DNA of 63,116 nt, counting the filler, from Bigelowiella natans CCMP2755 (lineage: Eukaryota > Protista > Cercozoa), in the NCBI GenBank assembly GCA_000320545.1. It is 9 parts of 9 records of this genome, joined end to end, with 100 filler letters (N's around TTAATTAATTAA, not from the genome) between each part and the next. Parts side by side here need not be neighbours in the genome. Positions count along the whole stretch, not along the records: positions 51,171 to 60,102 come from ADNK01002840.1; positions 60,203 to 61,947 come from ADNK01002852.1; positions 62,048 to 63,116 come from ADNK01003732.1; 6 more parts are not named here. One strand, written 5' to 3'. Of the stretch, positions 51,211 through 63,116 are shown one piece after another. Positions within the stretch are counted from its first letter, which is position 1. Each line of letters opens with the position of its first letter. The translations under genes were made by a program, and so were the position numbers. The notes beneath the pieces are model-generated. The model was not told the DNA's origin and did not search any database. It was given only the letters and a program-made list of their open reading frames with translations.

Positions 51211-51738
51211 GTTCCCGTATGCGTGTGCATTTGGGTATAAGTGATCTCGGAAGGGGGGGGGGAAGAGATCTTGCAAAAGCAGCATCGACGTGTATTCTCG
51301 CGAGCTGGATGCATGTAAAGGGGGTGGGGGTGGGGGTATCTGACATCAATATTCTTCTCCCTACCACTCAATCGCATGATGCAGAATTACTACGAGGCTC
51401 CGCGTGGCGTTATACTTGTCTGAGGAAGAGGAGGAGGAGGGGAGGGGGGGGAAAGAGTAAGAGAGGGGGTAGGCTGGAGAGGACACAAAGCGAGGGGACA
51501 GAGGGATTGAGCCCCCTCCCCCTCTCTAATTCGGTGGTTATCTGTATATGCATATGCAACGATTGCCCCCCCCCCCCCCTCCCTATCCCTCTACAGCAGG
51601 GTACCGACCGACGAGGCTTTTGCAGATGAGCGTGGAGGGCGAGTTGGTCGGATTGGATGTGAGCGTAGTTGCTGCCGTGAGAAGGCTGAGCAGCACGAAA
51701 CCCTTTGATAAAACACACACACACACCCCCACATTTAT

Positions 51739-51782
<44 letters not shown>

Positions 51783-53606
51783 CCATACAAACCAACCATC
51801 AGCACTACCTCTTTCTCCTTTTCGTTTATCTTTTGCTTCCTTTCGTTGGAGGACAAGCTCTGGTCCCCCCCGATCGTATACAACGAATTTGTCAACTGGG
51901 TGGGAGGGAGGGGAGGAGGAGGAGGAGGAGAAGATGGGGGAGGGAGTTTGATGAGAAATGCATATATGTAATGTGTGTGTGATGTGTCAAACCTTCAAAA
52001 GCTTCTCCCATACCGTATTGATTGTGCCTGTGGCGGACATTTTGCATCATCATTATCATCATCTTCATCATCATCGTCGATATGTCATTATGGATATTAT
52101 AATAGCGAAGGGGAAGGAACAGGAGGAGCAAAGCGACGATGACGACGATGACGACGATGATGATGAGAGAAGAAACAACAGAAGTATGGATTTCGCAGGA
52201 AGTAAGCAGCAGCTCATTTATTTGCGTTCAAGATTTGCTTTGACAAGGAGCTACCCTTTTTATGGAGAATGTTTTGGGCATGAGCATTCGTCCCCCTGTT
52301 CCCGCATATCCCCCAGAGAGCTCCGGCTGAGGGGAGGGGGGGAGGGGAGGATGGCGGAGTGTTGTAGAAGTTGACGATGATAATGATGATGATGATGATG
52401 ATGACGATAGGTATTGTTAGATACATCATAATTTATATCGTCATTGCATGACTACGTGTGCGGCTATATCCTGAGAATCTGCTCATTCATTCTTCCTCTC
52501 AATCATAATCATCATCATCATTTTCGTCGTCCGACCCCCCCCCCCCCCTCTCCAACAAGTACAAGCCATGAAACGATAGAGGACACACACCAGCTTGGAG
52601 ACGGATCTGCAGATGCTGAGAATTGCTCAGCAGCTCTGTCAGCTTCTCCACCTTTCATTTTACAGGAGGAAGGGGAGGAAGCGGGGGGGGGGGCAGAAGG
52701 AAAGTTACAAGGTGTGAAAGGAGACTTTCTCCCATCATGAAGGATCAGCGCATATCAGCGGAGAGTTGTCGTTTGTTTTTTGGGCGTGCGCTAACACGAA
52801 AGTGAGTCATTAGTTGGCTGAATAATAGTACCACTTTGTAAGGCCCGGTGCATACGAACTGAGAATCATAAGTAAACACACGCACACACACACGCACACA
52901 GACGCACACAGACGCAATCGATTGAGAAGGGCGTGGATATTTACGAGATCGCGCGGAACATATTATTTTGGGCATTGTCGTCGCCGCCACCTTGCCGTTG
53001 ACTTCCAACTTCCATGTGTAGGCCCAGAGATAAGAGCAGCACGTGAAGTGTAGATTCACGGCCTCTTTCTACAACAATTTTGAACGGCAATGACGATGAT
53101 AAGCAACGGCCATCGTGATGATGACACATTCTACCCAGAAACAGTGGAGTGGTACGAAAAACGCAAAGATTGGCGCACATATCGAGACGCTGCGAGGCTT
53201 TGTAGGTCCTCAATATTACCGTGACGAGTGCATAGCTCACGAACTGTGAGAGATCCTTAGCCTGACGGGATGCCCCAGCAGCCTTTTCCTGATTGCATGT
53301 AGTAGAGCAGAGAACAACGCGAAAAGGGGTCATCCTTTTAAATCGCAGCAAAGCTATGGTTACGATGGCTCTCACTCTCATTTGTATGTGCATTTTGCAG
53401 ATTTTTTTTTTCTCCCAATATAATATGTGAAGCATGTGGACGCGCACCAGTAGGAGGATTTTCGCGCACGTTTCTATCACATAGGCCATCAAGAGCATGC
53501 CATACTTATCGACTTTTTCCTCTGGGTTCTGAGAGCAATCAAGACAACTGTGATTTTATATTCGTGTCGCATTTTCATGTGGAGAAATGTATTCACGTAT
53601 AAATAA

Positions 53607-53655
<49 letters not shown>

Positions 53656-54205
53656 CATTACGACCGAAAAAGCATATTGATACAATTTCCTCGCTAGTCC
53701 GTACTAGTGTTTGTTATTCTCCTGACTTACTACCTGAAGAAATTCAGCCAGAACTTCTTTCGCAACACTAAAATAGTTGAGGTCCTTGAACAACAGTTTC
53801 TATGACGAAGTACATGCAAGGAGAGGGAAGAGGAGAAAGGAGAGGAGGAGGAGGAGGAGGAGGGCGACCAGATGAGAGAGTCAGTTTCAATTTTCATCCA
53901 AAGTTTACTATATTTTCTTCATCTTCTATGGCCATAAAACTAAACGAAGACATCACCGCGCACTGCGTTGACTGGCCTTGCTTTAGGAGTGCTGTAAAAA
54001 TATATTTTGAAAAGAGCGCCTCAGTTCCAATCCAAGACGGTGTGAAAGGTGCGAGGTGGCCAATGACAAAGCAAAATGTAGCGGTAGAGACACTATGCGG
54101 CGCTTCACTGTCCTGACATTCGTTGACGAGCTTGGCGCAGTCGATCCGGGCTGCCCCTTTTCGCACGCCTTGGATGATATCTTTCCAGTCCCAATCCCCG
54201 GACAT
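51171..54205 (-). CDS. Armadillo/HEAT-repeat protein (3' truncated)
   Basis: Starts MSGDWDWKDIIQGVRK. Spliced exons VEKLTELLSNSQHLQIRLQA|AGALWGICGNRGTNAHAQNILHKKG fit the ARM consensus. Confidence 0.65.
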
Positions 54206-55139
54206 CGTCCTCGAGTCGCAGCCGTCAGCTCAGGCGTCCTTCTGCACACGGAATGCAAAGCCTGCCCTTCCCAATAGACAAGTGCTTGACGCTTGGGTGC
54301 TTGGGTGTTCGGTGGACTGAGAAATATCTTGTCGCAGGACACTTCTGCAGGCCATTTCTTTCAAATACTGGAAAACACCGGGATTTATGATGAATAATGC
54401 GGGGATCCCGGAAGTTCAAGATTTCAATGAAGTCGCAGGACCATTCTCGCATATATTCGACTAAGACTTATGTCGCATGAGCACTTCGGCACGAACAGTG
54501 GTGTCGGCTTTAAGCTCGAGATAGCTGCACGCAGGGGCTTGGTTCACCTCAACCAACATCTTGGCATGTCCTCCTCGTCGTGCGCAGAAGTATATCATGT
54601 AATGGTGCCGCCATGCTGCTACCTGTGCGCCTTCGCCGACGACGAATGCCAATTTTTGTGCGGGTTGTTTTCTTGGAACTCACATGGACACGACATCAAT
54701 AGTGCTGCGTTTCGGTTCCTGGGCGTGAAGACATGCCTATGCTTCCAAAAGGGCAATAGTGTGTGCTTTTTAGCCACGTGTGGTTGTTGTTGTTCTTTTA
54801 CTAACGAAGAAGGGCCGAGGGCACGTTCTATATTGCAGAAATGCATTCGGTGCCCGTTTTCGCCATGTCTGGGAAATACGGACAAAATGACAAATGAGTG
54901 CGTACCGTTTGTGTATGCTAGCTATGAGAACGGTTTTGAATTCCCATGTGATGCTTTGTTTATGGATTAATTTTAAAATGTTCCGTTGAATTTTAAAAGC
55001 AAAAGGGTTCGTTACAAAGTATGCATTTAACTTTGAGTTGAAGAAACACGTTTTCAGATCAGATTTTGTAGAGCACCTGATATTTTTCACAAAATACATA
55101 TGTTGTGCGTACATATTTCTATTGCATTGTAAACAATTG

Positions 55140-55176
<37 letters not shown>

Positions 55177-55449
55177 AGATCTATATATGTATATAAATAT
55201 ACGCATTATTGCATACAGTGTACAATATGAGACGTATGTCTTTAGATGTGATTTGCTATGGATGATGATACGACGTTGGATGCTTCTATTTTCCTAGATT
55301 TGTTATGCCTTGTTGTAGCGTCTCTGAGATTATAGAGATAGCAAATGTTATGCATGAGACGTATGTAATAAAGGTTACGATATCCCCCTGATGGAGCTTG
55401 ACCGTAAAAGGAATGTTGTTTGTGTGTGCGTAACTATGAGCACAACGGG

Positions 55450-56100
55450 CCCGTGCGCGTAACTTACCATTTTGATGAACGTCACATGTTGTCACAATGG
55501 ACGTATGAAGTGTGTGTATGTGTGCAAAGCAGCGGCTACAGCTAGACAGCGCCCATGCTAGCATGTTGCATCTGTTTGTTTCTGCTGTCATGTGAGACGG
55601 ATGCAATGAAGTGATTAAATCTTTTCAATTGTTGGTCACATGCTTCATGCATTTGAAAGCATCCACATGCTACGTCATTTTCAACAAAGATTGTTTTACA
55701 AAATAAGACGTGTGATGTGCCTAGGATTTTCATCATGTCATTCTAGCAATTTAGTTCAACAGTAGGTCGTCAGTAGGCAAATTTTCATGTTGCGCATTTT
55801 CGCAATGTTTTCACTACCGCAGACAGTAGGGAAATGAAATGTGGGGCATGGCACACACTCAGCAGGTGCGTCTTTCAGGACAGGACGTGCAACATGAAGC
55901 TCACGTACATGGGCATACAATGGCAGAAACAAATGTATGCAACATGAGCGCTGTAGCCGCTGTTTCACATAGCTACATTGAGATGACTAACATTGAAAAG
56001 ATTCAATGACTTCATTTCATCCGTACATCCTAGTTGAATGACCATTGTCATTCTAGCATTGCTCACGCCATCTAGCCATCCCAATCAATGAAATGTTCAG
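55450..56100. other. Moderately TpA-depleted, CATG/CTAG-rich intergenic island G downstream of the 7TM gene
   Basis: About 7 CTAG and very frequent CATG/TGCA. Confidence 0.55.
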
Positions 56101-56179
56101 ACAGGAAAGGCAAGAAAAAAACGAGTGCGTGCCCATCGGCAGCGCTTCAGTGCTGTACTAATGTTGGAAAAATCGATCA

Positions 56180-57163
56180 TCATGGATTTGTATTCAAAGT
56201 GAAGAGGAGTTCAATCGCAGCTGGCAGCATGACCAAGCCCAGAGTTGTTGCGCCAACCTGAAAATTGGGTGAATGGCGGTGTCTTTCAATGGGTCTTTAG
56301 GAAAAATGAGTAGAAGTGGTGTGAAGAAGTGTTGTGGGATTTTCGAAATGCACCCACCTTTATGTGCCACATTGAGAGCCTGTGTCCGAGCACGCTATTT
56401 GGTGAATCATGCAAAGGATGGCTTAAAAATGATGAGGGGTTCCACAACGCTAGGGATTCTGAAAACGTGGCTCGTTTTTGGCCGTAGCTCAAGATGAAAT
56501 GACAACAAATAGCAACATCTAAGATCATGTAAAGGGCCATATCTAATTAACAACTTCTCTCCCATCGCAGCATCTATTATTATCATCATCGGCCTACTAC
56601 CTGATTCCGTCGGCAATGTTGGTCATGTCATCTCGGAGGCCTGACGAGGGAAAGCATGGAGGTCAGTTGATGTATTTGTGTGCAGTGTGTATATGAAGGA
56701 TAGAAGTATTAGTAGTAGTAGTAGCATTAGTAGTAGTAGTAGTATTAGTAGTAGTGGCTGCACCCTTTCGAAGTTGAGGTGTGAAGATCTGGAGGAAATT
56801 GACACGGTCCTGCGGAAATTCATTCGGTTAGTTTTTGACTAAACCCTTGCTAGTGCCATCTACATAGGGAGGCCACGTATATATAGACACGTGGTACAGA
56901 CTTATATCCCCCCCCCCCCTGTCCCCCCATTCTCATCATTGTCGTCATCGTTCGTTTCCGTCGTCGTCGTAATGATAATCATCATGTGTGGGCTTATTAC
57001 TTGGAACATTATGTGCTCCGTATCACGACTGCTTCCCCCCTTCCCCTCGAGCAGAGTCTGCACCGATATCGTAAAGCAAATGTCACATGGCATTGATGGC
57101 CTTCTTGCACGTGGCTTTACGTGCACAGAGAGAATGAAAGGGGGGATAGAGAAAGAGGAGGAG

Positions 57164-57208
<45 letters not shown>

Positions 57209-57745
57209 AGAGAGAGAGAGATGCCTCTATGTGTGCAAGTCTGAAAATATAGGAACGCGCATGTATTTGTGCTGTTTGTGTGTATGTACGTGCCTGAGTG
57301 GAAGAATTAACACACACGCACACACACACACACACACATTATACATATGAACATATATTTATACGTATGTTGTTAGTACAAAAACAAAATATATATTAAT
57401 ATGTATGTGTGTGTGTGTGTGTGTTATGAATCAATATCCGTCAAATAACTACCAGATCAAGATCTAAGGAAAATTCGGTGAAAGTTCTGCGAAAACAACA
57501 TCGCATCAGCTCTTCAGGCGAGGCGGACGGAGACGCGACGGTTGAAGTGCAAGCCGTTCATAGGTTACTACCTATGGATCTTCGAGTCCTCCTCATTGAC
57601 ACGGGCAATATGGTACAAGAGAAACACCGGCATGACGATGGAGAACAGCCCCCTGAAATGGCGACGATAATGATGATGATGATCACGATTAATGGTGCTG
57701 CTGCGGCGCTGTTTGCTGGTTGTGGTAGTAGTAGCGGTAGTAGCG

Positions 57746-57778
<33 letters not shown>

Positions 57779-57872
57779 TATAATAGTAGAGGTAGTAGTA
57801 GTAGTGGTAGTGTTAGTTGTGTTGTGTGTGTGCGGAAGTGTAAATGGAAGTGGAGGGGGATTATTAAATCAT

Positions 57873-57916
<44 letters not shown>

Positions 57917-58335
57917 ACACACATTCTTAGATAATACGCGCCAACAGCACGAACAACGGCAATATCATTGTTTAACCATCATCACCATCATTACCACATG
58001 CCAATGGTGTAAGAATTGGGCACTTGCGTGCGGGATCCAAACACGGTTTGGTACCTGTGGAAATAATGACGATGATGACGATGATGACGATAGTGATGAG
58101 CTCAAACCTCACGCTGCTTTCTTTCATCAGAAACGTAAGAAATGTCGGTATTGTCATTGTTATCATCATCATTATTTTCGCATCAGGATCAACTCACAAG
58201 GCCAGCGCCACCGCCAGTCCGAATATGGTGGAGACGGCCAGTGTTCCTACGCAGCAGCAATGACACTACAACATCACGCGAATGAAGCTACGACAGCGGA
58301 TAAGATGGAAATGCATGCTTCCGCGACCGTTCTGC

Positions 58336-58368
<33 letters not shown>

Positions 58369-58566
58369 GTCATCGTCATCGTTGTCATCGTCATCGTCGT
58401 CGTCCTACCCGAGAGCCATACACGCCAAGTCCCTCGAATGCGTCTCAATCGCCGGCATAAGTTGCGGTACCGCTAAGGAATGATATGTGGTGATGATGAT
58501 GACGATGATAAGGAAGAAGAACATGATGATGATAATAATGGTAATAGCTACTATTACTACTACTGT

Positions 58567-58602
<36 letters not shown>

Positions 58603-58698
58603 CAGAAGAAGCAGCATGTGGAGGCGATTTTGTATTGCTAGCAGGATGGAGGTGTCAGCTGGGAGACACAGCGTCGCCTAAGGGGAGGAGGGAAAAGT

Positions 58699-58784
<86 letters not shown>

Positions 58785-59983
58785 GCATTCCTATCACTCT
58801 CATATGAAGCAATCGCTATCAGTAGTGACCCTGTTTTCCCCGTCATCATGTTCTTTATGCTATTGCATGCGTGCGTGCGTGCAAAAGCGGCCAGGGTTTC
58901 TCCCTTCCCCAATCTCGATGTGTTGTTCGATTGTTGTTGTCGTTGCTTACAGAGTTGTTGGAGGAAGATCGGCCAAACGAGACCGTTCTGTCCCGATGAT
59001 GAGGATGATGATGATGATGATGATCAAGCGGAGGAGGCTGCAACGAGTTGGTGCTGCATGGGCGCAAGAAAGGGGGGGGGAGAGGACAGAGGAACAAATC
59101 AGCTCCGAATGGAAGAAATAAAGTAAGAAGAAGGGGGCGGGGCGGGGTGGGGGGAGGTGAAGGTCGTTGTTTCTATACTACTCTTTAACAACTTTCTTCG
59201 AGATGTTTTCCTGTCCGTGGAAGCTGCAGCGCTAGGCCCTCCCCCTCCTCCGCCTCCCTGAATACCATTTTCATCATCATCAACAACAACATCATCACGA
59301 ATTCTAAGTATCATACATAGTACTGCAATGCACCAGCCAGAATGACGCGCTACACGCTGCTGCTGCTGCTGCTGCTGCTTTTTCTTGCTTTTTCTTTCTT
59401 CTTCCTTCTTCTTTTCACCGCGACACTACCTCTTCCTCCGCCATCACCCCCGAGAGAACGCTCGCTGCTGTCAAGATCGTTCGAAGAGCATAGACTCGGT
59501 ACCGCTTGATATGGATGCGGGATATCTGATATTGAGGGAACGTATGTGTGTGTGTGTGTGCTGTGTGTGTGTACCTGTGACAACAATGCTGAAAAGACGA
59601 TGTATTATCACTGAAATCAGCAGGAAGAAGATGATAAAGAAGAGGAGGAGGAGGAGGAGGAGGAGGGGGAGGAGGAGGAGGAAAAGGAGGAGGAAAATGG
59701 ACAGTGGAGAGGAGGGAGGGGGGAGGGGTCAGGAGCGCTCGAAAAACAACTACCGTAAGGACGATGACGAAGATGTTTACGATGGCGACCTGGGGGGGAG
59801 GGAGAGGATGAAAATTTTCATGCGAATAATCCGTAACTACATCGTTACTTATCAAAACGATGGTGAGATTTGGAAGAAGACAAATCGTCCTCTTCATATT
59901 TTCACCAAACACATCGATGTAGTCGAGCTGATGCTTCGCATCCTCGAAACATATGCGTATGTGATATGCGTGTGTGTGTGTGT

Positions 59984-60027
<44 letters not shown>

Positions 60028-60102
60028 TGCGTTGGAATTGGAATTGTCTAGGCAGCCCTTCTCTATTCTGACTTGCACTGCTGCTTGTTCATGCACCGCG
60101 TT
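56180..60102 (-). CDS. Multi-pass membrane protein resembling gustatory-receptor-like / DUF3537 7TM ion channels (5' truncated)
   Basis: Spliced C-terminus: RYRNLCRRLRRIRGTWRVWLSGTLAVSTIFGLAVALALYQTVFG...TIGMWGLFSIVMPVFLLYHIARVNEEDSKIHRTF...QDRVNFLQIFTPQL...DGISVLGHRLSMWHIKVGATTLGLVMLPAAIELLFTLNTNP-stop, preceded by a long low-complexity loop. Confidence 0.6.
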
Positions 60103-60390
60103 NNNNNNNNNNNNNNNNNNNNNNNNNNNNNNNNNNNNNNNNNNNNTTAATTAATTAANNNNNNNNNNNNNNNNNNNNNNNNNNNNNNNNNNNNNNNNNN
60201 NNATTATCGCTCCTTCTGATTGGCTTAGGTGTAGAAGATCTGACTTAGAGGTTATTTTTTTTGTCCTTCCTCCCCCCCCTTTGCCCCCGCGGGCCAGATG
60301 GGGAGGGCAATTTTTAGGGTGTGTCGCTCACGAACGCATGGAGCCCGCCAATCAAGCAAGTTTCATTTATCAATACCCTTTATATATACA

Positions 60391-60421
<31 letters not shown>

Positions 60422-60639
60422 GAAAAATTGTACATAAATTCTTCGTTGGCAAATTTCCTTTTGGGGGAAAGTAGGGGGGGTTGATCCCAGGGTTGTAAGG
60501 GGGGGGGGGAAGGAGGGAGCAAGTCGAGGGAACCCAATCGCACAAGTGAGCAATTTTTTTTCGTCGTCGTCGTCATCATCACATGGTGCCCAAGGTTGAT
60601 GTTTTTTGGGGGGGGGGGGGGGGTACTGATGAAGAAGAC

Positions 60640-61810
60640 CGACCACGGTAGTTCTCCGCAATCATATCAGGAATGCCTTCAAAGCTTCCATCCCGTGGCA
60701 GAGCAATGATGCAGATGTTATAGACGTTACAATAACAATAGACGACGACGATGATGGTGATGGTGATGATGATGATGATGACGAAGACGCTCAGTTGTGC
60801 CGTCGATATATTCATTTTGAGGTGGCGGCGCGCTGCTTTCCTCCTCCTCCTCCTCCTCCTCCTCCTCCTCCTCCTCGTCCTGTAATTCTGTCAGAAATGA
60901 TGTTGTTGTTTTTCACCTCCTCCTCGAGTGCGACCGCCACTCCATACTGCAGCGGTGTTGCTTTGAGAACGAGGAGAGTCAACATGCAGGAGAGGGGCGG
61001 GGAGGAGGAGGAGGGGGAGGATGAAGAAGAAGAAGGGCTTATGGTTAGGAGAGCCATCGTCGCATATGGTCCTTCTAAAAGTGCTGATAACGTGAATGGC
61101 AAACGCCTCATAACCGCCATCTCTCAGGGGCTAAGAACATTGTAGGCGAAATGATCCGAGTATCATCTTCCTCTCCTTCGTTCCCTCCCCCCCCCCCTTT
61201 CACAAATCCGCTCTTACCTGCGCAATATGTAGCATGGCTATGCAAGTGATTCATTTTCTCTATGATGGCCTCAGGAGCCTGGAGGTGGCGATGACGACGA
61301 CGACGACGACGATGATAATGATGATGATGATGATGATGATGATGAATTGGGGAGATTGGCGGTGGTGGGTGGTGTGCGGAGTAGGAAAAGGGGGGGGGGG
61401 GCTACATGCCAGAAGAAGAAGAAGAAGAAGAAGAAGAAGAAGAAGACGATGAAATTAACGAAAGCATCATCCACAAATCGTATCGTCGGAGCAGAAAGGC
61501 AGCAGTGTCAGGAAGGAGTCTCTTTAGTAGCACCACACACACACGTACAGTTGCCCATCCCAGCCGCCACCCAGTGAGCGAGAATAGCTTTGACGCACTT
61601 CCAATTGTTATACATCTACAAGGGGGGTTTGGGGGGGTTTTGAACAGCGGTGAGACAATAACATCGACTGCATCCGTGTCGGGAACCTATCGCGTTCCCC
61701 CCCCCCCTCCCCCCCCTTTTCACTCGTCAATTACCTCTCAAACATCCCGGGCTGCTGCGAGATGCGGTGGTGGCTATCATTCCAAGTAACGTTTTCGTAT
61801 ACTTCGTCTG
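60640..61810 (-). CDS. PLP-dependent class I/II aminotransferase (kynurenine/methionine aminotransferase-like), internal part
   Basis: DEVYENVTW...HHRISQQPGMFER|CITIGSASKLFSLTGWRLGWAT|APEAIIEKMNHLHSHATYCA|ATPLQYGVAVALEEE, including the PLP-lysine motif S-x-S-K-x-F-S-L-T-G-W-R. Confidence 0.9.
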
Positions 61811-62099
61811 CAGTGGGAGATGGCGGTGGGTGCTCGATTCAATCATCAGTTATCGTTATTTGTCCCCCCCCGCCCCCTGTTCTACTCTTGCATAGCTGCG
61901 AGATGATTATGTGGAGGGGAGGCGGCTGCGGCGTGGGGACGGTGCTANNNNNNNNNNNNNNNNNNNNNNNNNNNNNNNNNNNNNNNNNNNNTTAATTAAT
62001 TAANNNNNNNNNNNNNNNNNNNNNNNNNNNNNNNNNNNNNNNNNNNNCTTAAAAAAAATACGTTCCTTTTCCGAGCCACCCCCCACCCCCCTCCTACTC

Positions 62100-62498
62100 A
62101 CATCAGTAGCGAAGAAATTTCCCGATTTGCTGTCAAACGAAACCATCCTGCTCTCCTCCAGGCTCTGCGCAGCGCGCTTGATTAGCTCGCGGCGCTGCGT
62201 GTAAAGCAGCTCGTCCATCTCCCTCTCCTTGTAGGAAATGCCGTACCTGAGATGCAGTGTTAGGATCAACAGGTGTGTGGCGGGTCAAAAGGCATCGCTA
62301 TTCATATCATTTCCCCCCATCCGAGTTTGAGCTCCGGAGGATTCTTCGTTGTGCCAATCTCTCTGCCTTCTAATGACGCGTGTTTGCCGTACCGCATTGG
62401 GTTGCGCAGCATCCGAATGTAAAGATACCTGCTCAGTTGTAGGACACGCGCGTACACATATTCAAACGGAGCGGCGAGGCAGCGGGTAGAAAACACGC

Positions 62499-62539
<41 letters not shown>

Positions 62540-63020
62540 TCGGTATTGTAGCCGCGTGAGTGTGAGCAAAAACGTACAAGCAAATATGCTATATGCAATA
62601 CGTGTATCCGAGCCATTCGATCGCCTCTTTAAGATTAGCGACGGTGCCTAAGATAATTTCCGCATTCAAGTGATCTGGGAGGGCCTATTGTGATTAGGAA
62701 AAAACACCGACGGACGGCGCATTGAGAGCAGCGCCGCATGCATCATGGCTACATATCAAGTTTGGAGATAAATGTTAGAGGACTAGACTTCTCGCTAGCA
62801 GCACGACGAATGCGGCTGTCGCTTCGCTCGCACAAGGTCTGACGTCTGACATATGGCGCCTCTTTCTCACTACCCCCTCCCCCCCCCCTTCCAGCCCCAC
62901 CTTGATGAATTGGCTTTCGATTGGCAAAGCGTGGTTAAGCAAGGACAAGTAGCGCTGCAACTGATCGTGCTCGGTGATCATGAACGCCTCTCCCGTCTTA
63001 TCAAATTGAGGGCGACCTAA
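62100..63020 (-). CDS. Ski2-like Sec63-domain helicase, ASCC3/Slh1-like (Brr2 paralog family), internal exons
   Basis: [39 protein letters not shown]|[28 protein letters not shown]|[12 protein letters not shown]|[11 protein letters not shown]...[31 protein letters not shown]. Confidence 0.9.
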
Positions 63021-63116
63021 TACCCACACCGCAATTCACCATTCAAAAACCCGGCTGCTCTCATAACGATATTATTAGCTACGACAAGAGTCGGAGGACC
63101 CCACTTCCCCCCCCCC

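Noticed and set aside
56190-56260. Alternative reading RLAQQLWAWSCCQLRL resembling an SDR C-terminus
   Set aside because: No upstream SDR motifs, and splice phase from the preceding exon favours the VGATTLGLVML frame.
1-63116. Most short ORFs in the supplied track (poly-HT, YI, LS, VC, poly-M/I/S)
   Set aside because: They are translations of intronic microsatellites, antisense frames of real exons, or stop-poor TA-depleted islands.

Overview
Eukaryotic (protist/algal) nuclear DNA with many GT-AG introns and microsatellite-filled introns. It is a concatenation of 9 contigs joined by artificial 100-nt N/TTAATTAATTAA/N linkers, so neighbouring contigs need not be adjacent in the genome. The style suggests a chlorarachniophyte (Bigelowiella-like), but that is inference only. 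Genes reconstructed by hand-splicing: PLOD-type glycosyltransferase, DUF1295/steroid-reductase-like protein, a TlpA/thioredoxin-fold probable selenoprotein (W-UGA-x-x-C, frameshifted), a kinesin 3' part, a type-I membrane protein, a cyclase/kynurenine-formamidase-family hydrolase, a SET-domain protein, GH27 alpha-galactosidase, RPB1 (5' half), an ABCB-type transporter, a PWI/RBM26-like protein, a PhyH-like dioxygenase, an ARM-repeat protein, a gustatory-receptor-like/DUF3537 7TM channel candidate, a class I/II aminotransferase and an ASCC3/Brr2-type helicase. The most striking signal is non-coding. Intergenic islands downstream of gene 3' ends have lost almost all TpA dinucleotides (apparently converted to TG/CA) while CTAG is spared and strongly accumulated, and CpG is retained. 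Three internal controls support a directional process: a duplicated 65-mer whose three differences all fall on CTAG, a Tc1/mariner-type MITE whose TA target-site duplication reads TG, and AT microsatellites apparently rewritten to TTCA/TTGA. Together they point to a sequence-specific, compartment-restricted mutation or repair system running opposite to fungal RIP. All counts are hand counts.
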